Shown one piece after another: positions 13,611-22,982 of a stretch of 64,000 bases of DNA. Location of the stretch: assembly GCA_017882785.1 (NCBI GenBank), contig JADGOV010000004.1, positions 1,521-65,520 on the forward strand, given 5' to 3'. The position numbers and the translations under genes are program-made. The notes below the pieces were generated by a model. The model was not told the origin of the DNA, did no database searches, and saw only the letters and a program-made list of their open reading frames with translations. Position 1 is the stretch's first letter. Each line of letters begins with the position of its first letter. This DNA comes from Frankiaceae bacterium. GTDB lineage: Bacteria; Actinomycetota; Actinomycetes; JADGOV01.

Positions 13611-13661
13611 AGTCCTCCGCACTGATAGTCCCTCGCACTGATAGTCCTCCGCACTGATAGT
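13611..13661. repeat. 16-bp tandem repeat x3 in the divergent oxidoreductase/TetR intergenic region
   Basis: agtcctccgcactgat, agtccctcgcactgat, agtcctccgcactgat read directly. Confidence 0.9.
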
Positions 13662-13717
13662 GTGGTGACGACGCCAATGGTGTTGCCAACCGCCGCTCGA
13701 CGTCAAGGGACTTTTCT

Positions 13718-14719
13718 GTGCCCATCCGGCCTACCCGCACACCGACCGGCTCGGAGGTCGACACAGCGCGGCCGGCCTATTCCTCGGCAGTGCGCTCCAA
13801 CCAGGCCCGCGCGACCCGGCGGACCATCGTCGCGGTTGCCGGCGAGCTCTTCGTCGAGCACGGCTACGCTGCCACCACAATCGACGCCGTCGCGGCGCGG
13901 GCCGGTGTCGGCCGCAAGACCGTCTTCTCCTCCGTCGGGGGCAAGGGCGCGCTGCTGAAGCTGGCGTGGGACTGGACGATCGCTGGCGACGACGAGCCCA
14001 TCCCCATGTCCGAGCGTCCCGCTGTGCAGGCGATGCTCGCGGAGCGGGACCCGGGCCGGCTGGTCCGGATGTGGGTCGACATGCTGCTGGACGTGGGCTC
14101 GCGGGCAGCACCGCTCGGGGCCGTCGTCCTCGCCGCGGCCGACGTCGACGCCGAGGCCCGTGCCCTTACTGAGATGATCCGCCGCGAAAGCCTGGCTGGC
14201 GCCACCGCGTTCGTCACCCACCTCGCCGGCGGCGGCGGCCTTCGAGCGGACGTCAGCATCGAACGTGGAGCCGACGCCTGTTGGGCGCTGGTCAATTCCC
14301 TGCTCCTGCACCTCCTCGTGGCCACCCGTGGCTGGTCGCTGCAGGAGTACGGCGAGTGGCTGGTGCAGGTAGCCTCCACGATGCTGCTGGAGCCGGCGGG
14401 CCCCGCGAGGTCACGACCCGCCCTGGACATCCGGACCGTGCACGAGCAGACGCGAGAGCGATACCAGGCATCAGTCGACGGTCGGGTCGCGGGGCACCTG
14501 TCATACCAGCTCACCGAACGGCTCGTCCTGTTCACCCACACCGAGGTCGACCCGGGCTTCGACGAGCGCGGCGTGGCCGACGCGCTGGTGCGCAGGGCGC
14601 TCGATGACCTGCGGGCCGACGGCACGCGTCGCGTCGTCCCCCTGTGTCACTTCGTCGCCTGGTGGATCGGCCGGCACCCCGACTACGCCTCGCTGGTGTA
14701 CGACGCCGCCGCCAACTGA
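13718..14719 (+). CDS. TetR-family regulator fused to a C-terminal GNAT (YjdJ-like) domain
   Basis: ELFVEHGYAATTIDAVAARAGVGRKTVF HTH; C-terminal FTHTEVDPGFDERGVA...VVPLCHFV. Start approximate. Confidence 0.88.
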   Translation: MPIRPTRTPTGSEVDTARPAYSSAVRSNQARATRRTIVAVAGELFVEHGYAATTIDAVAARAGVGRKTVFSSVGGKGALLKLAWDWTIAGDDEPIPMSERPAVQAMLAERDPGRLVRMWVDMLLDVGSRAAPLGAVVLAAADVDAEARALTEMIRRESLAGATAFVTHLAGGGGLRADVSIERGADACWALVNSLLLHLLVATRGWSLQEYGEWLVQVASTMLLEPAGPARSRPALDIRTVHEQTRERYQASVDGRVAGHLSYQLTERLVLFTHTEVDPGFDERGVADALVRRALDDLRADGTRRVVPLCHFVAWWIGRHPDYASLVYDAAAN

Positions 14720-14847
14720 ACGACCAAGTCAGGCACCCAACCGCCCCGAAAGGCCGCCGAGCTGCGTGGACGCCACCCAAGATCACGGTAGCCAGCTAGG
14801 CTTAGGACGGCAGCAGGCGTTGAGTGAGTGTTGAGGGGGGCATCGTG

Positions 14848-17800
14848 ATGTTCCGCCCGCTGCCGGCCCGTGTCGACCTGCCGGCGCTGGAACGGGAGGT
14901 CCTCACCCGCTGGCGAGAGTGCGGTGTGTTCGCCCGCTCGCTGGCCCAGACCGCCGACGGACCGCTTTGGGTCTTCTACGAGGGCCCGCCGACGGCGAAT
15001 GGCCGGCCGGGGACGCACCACACCGAGGCCCGCGCCGTCAAGGACATCTACTGCCGGTTCAAGACCATGCAGGGGTTCTCCGTGCCCCGCCGGGCCGGCT
15101 GGGACTGCCACGGCCTGCCCGTGGAACTGGCCGTGGAGAAGGAACTCGGGTTCACCGGCAAGGGTGACATCGAGGCGTACGGCGTGGCCGAGTTCAACGC
15201 CCGCTGCCGGGAGTCCGTGCTGCGCCACGTCGCCGAGTTCGAGCAGCTGACCGAACGGCTGGGCTACTGGTGCGACATGGCGGATGCCTACCGCACGATG
15301 GACCCGCAGTACATCGAGTCGGTCTGGTGGTCGTTGAAGGTCATCTTCGACAAGGGTCTGCTCGTCCAGGATCATCGAGTGTCGCCGTACTGCCCGCGCT
15401 GCGGCACCGGCCTCTCCGACCATGAGGTGGCCCAGGGCTACCTCATGGTCACCGACCCCAGCGTCTACGTACGCTTCCCGGTGACCAGCGGCGAGTGGGC
15501 CGGGCGGGCGTCCCTGCTGGTCTGGACGAGCACCCCCTGGACATTGATCTCCAACACCGCGGTCGCGGTGCACCCGGACGTGACCTACGTCGCCGCCCGG
15601 GTCACCGGACCGGGTGCTGAGACCCTCATCGTGGCCGAGCCGCTGCGTGCCAGGGTCCTCGGCGAGGACGCCGAGGTGCTCGCCACGATCCCCGGGCGGG
15701 AGCTGGAGCACGTCGGCTACGAGCGGCCGTTCGACCTGCTCGCGATCCCGGACGCGCACTACGTCGGCCTGGCCGACTACGTGACCGTGGAGGACGGGAC
15801 CGGCCTGGTCCACCAGTCCCCAGCGTTCGGCGCGGACGACCTCGAGGTGGCCCGCCGCTACGGGCTGCCGGTGGTCAACCCGGTCGGGCTCGACGGACGC
15901 TTCGCCGCCGACCTGCCACTGGTCGGCGGTCAGTTCTTCAAGTCCGCCGACCCCCACATCGTTGCCGACCTCCGCGCCCGGGGCCTGCTCTACCGCTACG
16001 CCGACTACAGCCACAGCTATCCGCACTGCTGGCGCTGCGACACACCGCTGATCTACTACGCGCTGCCGTCGTGGTACATCCGCACCACCGCGATCCAGGA
16101 TGCGCTGCTGCGGGAGAACGCCGCCACCGACTGGCACCCGCCGCGGGTGAAGACCGGGCGCTACGGCGACTGGCTGGCGAACAACGTCGACTGGGCACTG
16201 TCCCGCAACCGCTACTGGGGGACGCCGCTGCCGATCTGGCGCTGCGCGGCGGAGGGCGACCCGCACCTCACCGTGGTGGGTTCCCTTGCCGAGCTCTCCA
16301 CGCTGGCCGGTGCCGATCTCAGCGGTCTCGACCCGCACCGCCCGTACCTCGACGAGGTCACCTTCCCCTGCCCCGAGTGCGGCTTGCCGGCCAGCCGCGT
16401 GCCGGAAGTGATCGACGCCTGGTACGACTCCGGCGCGATGCCGTTCGCCCAGTGGGGTGCGCCGCACCGCCGCGAGGAGGAGTTCCGCGCCGCCTATCCC
16501 GCCCAGTTCATCGCCGAGGCCATCGACCAGACCCGCGGCTGGTTCTACACGCTGATGGCAGTCGGCACGCTGGTATTCGACCGGTCCTCCTACGAGACAG
16601 TGTTGTGCCTGGGCATCATCCTCGACGAGCACGGTCGCAAGATGAGCAAGCACCTGGGCAACGTGCTCGACCCGTTCTCCCTCTTCGACCAGCACGGTGC
16701 GGACGCGGTGCGCTGGTTGATGCTCTGCGGCGGGTCACCCTGGGCGGACCGGCGGGTCGGCAACGAGCCGCTTGCCGAGGTGGTGCGCAAGGTACTGCTC
16801 ACCTACTGGAACACCGTGTCGTTCTTTACCCTCTACGCCAGCGTCAACGACTGGACCCCGCAGAGCGCGCCCCCACCGGCCGTGGCGGAACGGCCGGCTC
16901 TGGACCGGTGGGCGCTGTCGGAGCTGCACGAGACCGTGCGCGTCGTGACCGATGCCCTGGACGGCTTCGACTCAGCCGGTGCCGGTCGTCGCCTGAGCAG
17001 ATTCATCGACGACCTGTCGAACTGGTACGTCCGCCGCTCCCGCCGGCGGTTCTGGGTCGGTCAGCCCGCAGCGCTGGGCACATTGCACGAGTGTCTGGAG
17101 GTGCTCACCCGCCTGCTGGCGCCGTTCGTCCCATTCGTCACCGACGAGGTGCACCAGCGCATCGTCGGCGACGTCCGGCCCGACCTCCCGGACTCGGTGC
17201 ACCTGCGGGAATGGCCAGTCGGTGACCCCGCCCTGGTCGATGAGCCGCTGGCCGAACAGATGGGGCTCGTACGGCGGCTCGTGGAACTGGGACGCGGGGC
17301 CCGGGCGTCGTCCAAGCTGCCCACCCGCCAGCCGCTGGGCCGGGCCTTGGTCGTGGCCCACGGGTGGGACGGGCTGGCGGCCGACTTGCGGGCGGAGGTG
17401 CTCGAGGAGCTGAACGTCACAGCCGTCGAGGTGGGCAGGGTTGAGGTGGACATCTCGGTCAAGCCCAACTTCCGCGAACTCGGGCGCCGTTTCGGGCCAC
17501 GGACCAAGGCCGTCGCCGCGGCGGTTGCCCAACTGGTCCCGGCGCAGGTAGCCGCAGCCCTGGCCGAGACCGGATCGGTGGGTGTGTGGGTCGGAGGCGC
17601 CGACGAGCCGCCGGAGAGGATCAGCGCGGCCGAACTGCAGGTCACCGAGACGCCACGGGAGGGCTGGGCGGCGGCCACGGCCGCCGGTGAGACCGTGGCC
17701 CTGGACCTCACTCTGACCGCTGAGCTGCGCCGCGCCGGCCGGCTACGGGAGGTTGTCCGGTTGGTGCAGGAGGCCCGGAAGACGACCGACCTGGAGGTGG

Positions 17801-17991
17801 CCGACCGGATCGAGTTGTGGTGGCGGGCCGTCGACCCGGTCACCGCGCAGGCGCTGCGGGAGGGCCGCGAGCACCTGGCCGGTGAGGTGCTCGCAGTCAC
17901 CGTCACCGAGGGCGAACCGCTGGCGGCAATCGTGCCCCACGCCGCGGAGGACCTCGGGCTGACATTCTGGCTGCGCGTCGTGGGCGGTTGA
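14848..17991 (+). CDS. ileS: isoleucyl-tRNA synthetase, type 2
   Basis: FYEGPPTANG, GTHH signature, GWDCHGLP, DGTGLVH, DWALSRNRYWG, KMSKH. Confidence 0.97.
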   Translation: MFRPLPARVDLPALEREVLTRWRECGVFARSLAQTADGPLWVFYEGPPTANGRPGTHHTEARAVKDIYCRFKTMQGFSVPRRAGWDCHGLPVELAVEKELGFTGKGDIEAYGVAEFNARCRESVLRHVAEFEQLTERLGYWCDMADAYRTMDPQYIESVWWSLKVIFDKGLLVQDHRVSPYCPRCGTGLSDHEVAQGYLMVTDPSVYVRFPVTSGEWAGRASLLVWTSTPWTLISNTAVAVHPDVTYVAARVTGPGAETLIVAEPLRARVLGEDAEVLATIPGRELEHVGYERPFDLLAIPDAHYVGLADYVTVEDGTGLVHQSPAFGADDLEVARRYGLPVVNPVGLDGRFAADLPLVGGQFFKSADPHIVADLRARGLLYRYADYSHSYPHCWRCDTPLIYYALPSWYIRTTAIQDALLRENAATDWHPPRVKTGRYGDWLANNVDWALSRNRYWGTPLPIWRCAAEGDPHLTVVGSLAELSTLAGADLSGLDPHRPYLDEVTFPCPECGLPASRVPEVIDAWYDSGAMPFAQWGAPHRREEEFRAAYPAQFIAEAIDQTRGWFYTLMAVGTLVFDRSSYETVLCLGIILDEHGRKMSKHLGNVLDPFSLFDQHGADAVRWLMLCGGSPWADRRVGNEPLAEVVRKVLLTYWNTVSFFTLYASVNDWTPQSAPPPAVAERPALDRWALSELHETVRVVTDALDGFDSAGAGRRLSRFIDDLSNWYVRRSRRRFWVGQPAALGTLHECLEVLTRLLAPFVPFVTDEVHQRIVGDVRPDLPDSVHLREWPVGDPALVDEPLAEQMGLVRRLVELGRGARASSKLPTRQPLGRALVVAHGWDGLAADLRAEVLEELNVTAVEVGRVEVDISVKPNFRELGRRFGPRTKAVAAAVAQLVPAQVAAALAETGSVGVWVGGADEPPERISAAELQVTETPREGWAAATAAGETVALDLTLTAELRRAGRLREVVRLVQEARKTTDLEVADRIELWWRAVDPVTAQALREGREHLAGEVLAVTVTEGEPLAAIVPHAAEDLGLTFWLRVVGG

Positions 17992-18014
17992 GCGGCCCCG
18001 CGATCAGGACAGGT

Positions 18015-18164
18015 TCAGGACAGCCACATCCGGCGCACGTAGACGAAGATGACGACGAGGAGGACGGCCAGGACGACCTTCCACAGCACGCGGCGTTCCG
18101 AGCGGCGATCCCGCGCCAGTTCCTCGGCCGGTGGATCCCGAGGCGGCGGTAGGTCCTCACCCAC
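18015..18164 (-). CDS. 49-aa single-TM membrane peptide at the end of the GT2 operon
   Basis: VGEDLPPPRDPPAEELARDRRSERRVLWKVVLAVLLVVIFVYVRRMWLS; start overlaps the GT2 stop by 8 nt. Confidence 0.65.
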   Translation of the reverse strand: MGEDLPPPRDPPAEELARDRRSERRVLWKVVLAVLLVVIFVYVRRMWLS

Positions 18165-19704
18165 TGCGGAGGTCGACCTGCCCGGTCTTCTCGGTCTTGT
18201 CCCAGCGCATCTCCGCATTGCGCATTTCCGCGATGTAGGCGGTGAGGGTGACCATGCAGAGCAACGGTCCGTAGCCGCCGATGTAGATCAGTAACGGGGA
18301 CAGCCGGCGGAACCTGGTCGACTCCAGTCGCTTGGCCAGCCACGCCACTGCCATGCAGCCGGCCACCCAAGCGAAGCTGAAGATAGTCACCGCCGTACGG
18401 GTCGGGCCGCGCCAGGACGGCCCTATCCACGACATGAAGTGGGCCCCGAGCCAGTCCGCCGCGACCGGGACGCAGGTCAGCAGGATGATCGACAATGAGA
18501 TCGCTCCAGGAAACAGCAGCGCCTCCCGCCAGACCCGCCGGCCGGTCGGCGGATCCAGGGCAAGGGTCAGCGAGGTGATGAAGAGCCAGCTGACCGCATT
18601 CACGATCCACAGCGCGTGGAAGACCTGCCAGGCGCGGCCGACGTCGAGGACGTACAGCAGGAGCAGGCTGAGGCAGGAGGCGATCATCAATGCCGGCAGG
18701 AGCAGCAGGCAGAACCAGAGGATGCCGAAGCCGATGCTGCCCAGCCGATGGTCCGGGGAGGGGCGGAACCACACGCTGCGGAAGCGCCGGGTGACCTGGA
18801 TGTTGCCGCGGGCCCATCGCAACCGCTGCTTGCAGAGCCCACTCAGTGTCGCCGGCTCCTCGGCCCACACGACGGCGTGCGGCTCGAAGACCACCCGTCG
18901 CCCACCGAGCTGGGTGAGGAATGTCGTGACGGTGTCCTCGGCAAGGGTGCTGGGGTCGATCCGGCCGCCGACCGCGATCAGGTTCTCCCGGGTCAGCAGC
19001 TGGGCGCCGCCGGCGAGACAGGCCATCGCGCCGAGAACGTTCTGTGCGCGGCGCCCGCCGGCCTGCGCCGCGGCGTACTCGAAGGCGACGAACCGGGTGA
19101 GGTAGTTCCCCGGCCGGGAGCCTTCCTTGATGTAGGCGGTGACGGCGCCTACCCGCGGATCGGCGAGGTGTCGGGTCATCCGGCGCAGCGACGACGCCTC
19201 GTAGACGACGTCGGCGTCCATGATCAAGAGGGCCTGCATCCAGTCGTCGGCGAGGATCTCGCGCAGGCCGTGGTTGAGGGTGTGCGCCTTGCCTTCCCCA
19301 CCTTTCTCCCGACGTACGTGCACCACCTGCCCATGGTGCCGGCGGGCCAGCGCCTGCACCACCTGCGGCGTGTCGTCGGTGCTGGCGTCGTCGACGACGT
19401 AGACCCGCAGTTGGTCGCCGGGGTAGTCCAGCGACACCAGCCGCTCGATGCTGCAGTCCAGGACCGCGCCTTCGTTCCAGGCTGGCACGAGGATCGCGAC
19501 CCGCGGGCTGGACGGTCCGACGGCGTCGTAGTGGTCGCGCCAGCGGTGCGCGCCGACGAGTAGGAACTGGTAGGCCCCCGCCGCCAGCGGCGCCGCACCG
19601 AGCACCACCAGCACCACGAGCACCCACCAGCCGGACTGCCAAACCGCCTGCCAGGCCGTAGCCCAAGAAGTCGCGGACAATCCATACGGCATCTTGCCGG
19701 CCAT
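18157..19704 (-). CDS. processive membrane GT2 synthase (PgaC/IcaA/cellulose-synthase-like)
   Basis: PAWNE, DDASTD, GKAHTLN, MDAD, LAED, QRLRWARG; one N-terminal and several C-terminal TM segments. Confidence 0.9.
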   Translation of the reverse strand: MAGKMPYGLSATSWATAWQAVWQSGWWVLVVLVVLGAAPLAAGAYQFLLVGAHRWRDHYDAVGPSSPRVAILVPAWNEGAVLDCSIERLVSLDYPGDQLRVYVVDDASTDDTPQVVQALARRHHGQVVHVRREKGGEGKAHTLNHGLREILADDWMQALLIMDADVVYEASSLRRMTRHLADPRVGAVTAYIKEGSRPGNYLTRFVAFEYAAAQAGGRRAQNVLGAMACLAGGAQLLTRENLIAVGGRIDPSTLAEDTVTTFLTQLGGRRVVFEPHAVVWAEEPATLSGLCKQRLRWARGNIQVTRRFRSVWFRPSPDHRLGSIGFGILWFCLLLLPALMIASCLSLLLLYVLDVGRAWQVFHALWIVNAVSWLFITSLTLALDPPTGRRVWREALLFPGAISLSIILLTCVPVAADWLGAHFMSWIGPSWRGPTRTAVTIFSFAWVAGCMAVAWLAKRLESTRFRRLSPLLIYIGGYGPLLCMVTLTAYIAEMRNAEMRWDKTEKTGQVDLRSG

Positions 19705-19709
19705 GGCGG

Positions 19710-20465
19710 CTAGGCCGCTGCCGCGAGGTCGTCCACCACAGCCCGGACGTAGGACCAGCGCGCCACCTCGGCGGGGGCGTGGGCGTCGCTGCCCGCGGTG
19801 AGCAGGACGCCTTGTCGGGCGAGCATCCGCACGACCCGGCTGGAGGGGCAACGCCACTTCTCGTTGATCTCTACTGCGGACGCGGTACGCCGGCAGGTGG
19901 CGGCGAGGCGGTTGAGGTGCTCCTTGCCCACCGCCGTCTCCGTGAGCCCGCACTTGGGCAGCACGCTGAACAGGTGAGCGATGATCGCTGGGAGCGGTGA
20001 GGATTCCAGTGCCCGCACCGTCGCCTCGATCAGCGCGTCCACAACCGCCGCCGCCGGAAGCTCACCCCGGTCGATGGCGGACCGCACGTCGGCCGGATGC
20101 AGCGGGCCGTCGAGAGCAGGCACCCGGTGGTCGGCGACGAGCACGTAGTCGACGCCGGCCAGCGCGTGGGGCAGGTCAAGTCGCCCCCGGGTGTCCAGGA
20201 TCTTCGCCTCGACCCCGCACCGGACCGGCAGGGCGGCGAGACGGCGGGCTGAGCGCACGGCGCGCACGTACTCCGGCACCCAGTCGGTGTCCGACCGGAC
20301 GTGGTCGCTCACCCCCATTCCGCTGAGGTCGAGACGCTCGGCCTGAGCGATCATGTCGGCAAGCGGGGCGTGCCCGTCGCTGGTTGTCGTGTGCATGTGC
20401 AGGTCCACGGCCAACGCCGGCGGGCTCAGGCCGCGGCTCGCCGTAGGGTCGAGACCGGGGGTCAC
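19710..20465 (-). CDS. PHP-domain metallohydrolase
   Basis: DLHMHTTTSDG, SDH, GVE, ADH, IAH and GSDAH metal-binding motifs. Confidence 0.9.
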   Translation of the reverse strand: MTPGLDPTASRGLSPPALAVDLHMHTTTSDGHAPLADMIAQAERLDLSGMGVSDHVRSDTDWVPEYVRAVRSARRLAALPVRCGVEAKILDTRGRLDLPHALAGVDYVLVADHRVPALDGPLHPADVRSAIDRGELPAAAVVDALIEATVRALESSPLPAIIAHLFSVLPKCGLTETAVGKEHLNRLAATCRRTASAVEINEKWRCPSSRVVRMLARQGVLLTAGSDAHAPAEVARWSYVRAVVDDLAAAA

Positions 20466-21505
20466 GCCGGCACCGCGACCCGCTGCTCGCCGCGCCTGAG
20501 CAGGTCATCGACCTCGCTCACCGGCACGTAGCGTTCCGCCCAGTAGCGCACGACGGCGATGTCCCGATACGCCAGCGACGTCGGCAGCGGCCGGCCCAGC
20601 AGGTCGTGCAGGGCCCATGCGGGCAGGTCAACACCGGCCTGCACGGTAAGAGGCATTGTCCCGGGAAAACGCGGGTTCACTTCCAGCAGTGCAGGACGCC
20701 CGGCCGAGTCCGCACGACACTGCACGTTGGCCACCCAGCGCAGGCCGACCGCTCTGGCCACCCGCTTGCCGAAGTCCTCCAGGGCCGGATCGCTGACCGT
20801 CCGTGCGGCGACGGCGATCCCGGAGTCCACCTTGTCCCGCCGCCGCGGCACCACGGCCACGACGCGGCCCGGGCCGGCGAGCACGTCGAGGGACCACTCC
20901 GCCCCCGGCAGCAACTCCTGGACGATCATCGAGCCGTCCCGCGGGAGGTCGGCCAGGCCGGCTGGGGCGGTGACCTGCGCTACCCCGCGCCCGCCCGCCC
21001 CCCGCCGAGGCTTGACCACGACGGCCCCGGTGAGCCCCGCGGCCGCGAGCGCCCCGTCATCGAGCCCATGATCGAGGACTCGGGTGTGCGGCACGCGCAC
21101 TGCGCCGGCACAGACCCGGACGAGCGTCGCCTTGTCCAGGGTTCGGGCCAGCGTGGCGGGTGACTCGACGAGGACCCGGACCCCGTGCTGGGCGAAATCC
21201 GCGACCCGGCGACTTATCGGTGCCAGCTCGACGTCGACGGTGGGCACCAGCACGTCGACCTTGTGCCGCACGCACGCCGCGAGCAGGGCCGTGGTGAACT
21301 CGGGAGCGTCACCACGCGGCAGCAGCTCTCGGCGAGTCGGCGGAACCAGATACAGCCCCGCCGCGTACGGATCGAGGTCGGCCGCGATGAGGTCCACCCG
21401 GTCTTCGAGGTCGCGCAGGAAGGCCACCGCTGCGGCACCGCCGGCACCGGTGACCAGCACCCGCAGCCGGCGGCCCTGCGGGCCGCTGAGATCAGGTGAG
21501 GGCAC
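20462..21505 (-). CDS. ATP-grasp domain protein
   Basis: VLVTGAGG, LDK, VVKPRRGAGGRG, VQELLPG, LLEVNPRFPG. Confidence 0.9.
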   Translation of the reverse strand: MPSPDLSGPQGRRLRVLVTGAGGAAAVAFLRDLEDRVDLIAADLDPYAAGLYLVPPTRRELLPRGDAPEFTTALLAACVRHKVDVLVPTVDVELAPISRRVADFAQHGVRVLVESPATLARTLDKATLVRVCAGAVRVPHTRVLDHGLDDGALAAAGLTGAVVVKPRRGAGGRGVAQVTAPAGLADLPRDGSMIVQELLPGAEWSLDVLAGPGRVVAVVPRRRDKVDSGIAVAARTVSDPALEDFGKRVARAVGLRWVANVQCRADSAGRPALLEVNPRFPGTMPLTVQAGVDLPAWALHDLLGRPLPTSLAYRDIAVVRYWAERYVPVSEVDDLLRRGEQRVAVPA

Positions 21506-22982
21506 GAGTGCCGTCCTTCATGTCGCCGTCCTTCATCTGAGGAGCCACGTCGAAGGCCGCGGAGGCCGGGGTGCTCTCCCGCAGCACCTCCAGTGGCTCG
21601 GCGTAGGTCGTGCCGGTGGCCGTGCCGTGCACGCGGGCCTGGGCGATGAGCAGATCCTCGGCCAGGTAGTCGCGTTGGCCGATCTGGGACGCGAAGGCCG
21701 CCAGCAGAGCGATCTTTCGGGACATCACCGAGCCCACGTCGACGAAGCGGGTTGGGCGGAAGTCCACGGTCGCCGAAGGCGAACGGTAGCCGTACACCCG
21801 GCCGACCCGTCGGGTGGCGATCATCGCCGCCGAGTGCACCGCCCGGTGGTCCTGGTGGTGATCGTGGCTGGAGTGCACGTAGACGATGGTCGGGCGTACC
21901 GCAGCCACGACCTCCTCCACCACGTCGATCGTGGGCCGGCCCTCCGGGATCGCCGTGTCCGGCAGCTCGCCGAGGTAGAGGCGAGCGTCCAACAGCGCGG
22001 CGGCGCGCACCGACTCCTCCTGGCGCCGCGCCGGGTCGCCGCCGGTGGCCCCCGCGCTCATCGTCAGCACCGTGACCTCGTCGGCCTGCGCTGCGTGCAC
22101 GAGCAGCGCGCCGCCCGCGCCGATCTCCACATCATCCGGATGCGCACCGATGGCGAGCACCCGTTCCCGTCTGTCCTGGAAACGGGAAATCGCCCGCTGC
22201 ACAGCCTCGACCAACGCGGCGGGACGAATGGGCTTGGCCACGAAGTCGGCCGCGCCGGCGCGCATCGCCTCCACCGCGGTGGACATTCGGGCGTCGCCGG
22301 TCACGAGCACGGTCGGCAGCCCGGGCCGGGCTGCCTGCACGGCGGCGGCGAGTTCGAGGCCGTTGCGGCCGCTCATGTGGATGTCGGACACCACCGCATC
22401 ACAGACGCTCCCATCCCCGAGGGCGAGCAGCGCCTCTTCCGCGCTGGCCAGTGCGGTCACGGAATACCCACCCCGCTGGGTGAGCACCAACTCGAGCAGA
22501 CGCCGCAGATCAGGGTCGTCGTCGGCCACGATCACGCGGCCCCGCCGTTCCCGAGCCAGCCGGACGAGGTCGGCCGCGGCCACCACCGGCTCGCCGGAAC
22601 TCTCCCTGTGACGGCGCAGGAGGGCCTCGATCCGGGCCAGCAACTCATTCGCCCGGTAGGGCTTGGTCAGGTAGTCGTCGGCGCCGGACCGCAGGCCGCG
22701 GACGACGTCGCTGGGCCCGCCCTCCGCGGTGAGCATGATCACCGGCACGTCGCTGTGTCGGCGCACCCGCTGCAGCACCTGCCAGCCGTCCAGCTCCGGC
22801 AACCCGACATCGAGCACCACCAGATCCGGCTGCTCCTCCAGGACCGCCTGCAGCCCGGAGCGCCCGTCCTGCCGCGAGAACGTCTGGTAGCCATGCTCAG
22901 TGAGAAGCAACTCCAGCGCGCGGCGGATGTCGGCGTCGTCCTCGATGAGTACCACCCGCGCAGGTGACTGTCCGCCCGCCAT
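21492..22982 (-). CDS. REC-REC-PIG-L (LmbE/MshB-like) de-N-acetylase fusion
   Basis: REC1 IEDD...LDVGLP...LTA...KPY; REC2 ADDD...SDIHM...VTG...KPI; then GAHPDDVEIG and HHQDH. ATG overlaps the kinase stop (TGATG). Confidence 0.9.
   Translation of the reverse strand: MAGGQSPARVVLIEDDADIRRALELLLTEHGYQTFSRQDGRSGLQAVLEEQPDLVVLDVGLPELDGWQVLQRVRRHSDVPVIMLTAEGGPSDVVRGLRSGADDYLTKPYRANELLARIEALLRRHRESSGEPVVAAADLVRLARERRGRVIVADDDPDLRRLLELVLTQRGGYSVTALASAEEALLALGDGSVCDAVVSDIHMSGRNGLELAAAVQAARPGLPTVLVTGDARMSTAVEAMRAGAADFVAKPIRPAALVEAVQRAISRFQDRRERVLAIGAHPDDVEIGAGGALLVHAAQADEVTVLTMSAGATGGDPARRQEESVRAAALLDARLYLGELPDTAIPEGRPTIDVVEEVVAAVRPTIVYVHSSHDHHQDHRAVHSAAMIATRRVGRVYGYRSPSATVDFRPTRFVDVGSVMSRKIALLAAFASQIGQRDYLAEDLLIAQARVHGTATGTTYAEPLEVLRESTPASAAFDVAPQMKDGDMKDGTRALT

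Noticed and set aside
13618..13661. CTATCAGTG match to the Tn10 tetO core
   Set aside because: Only 9 bp, arranged as direct repeats without the tetO palindrome; probably coincidental.
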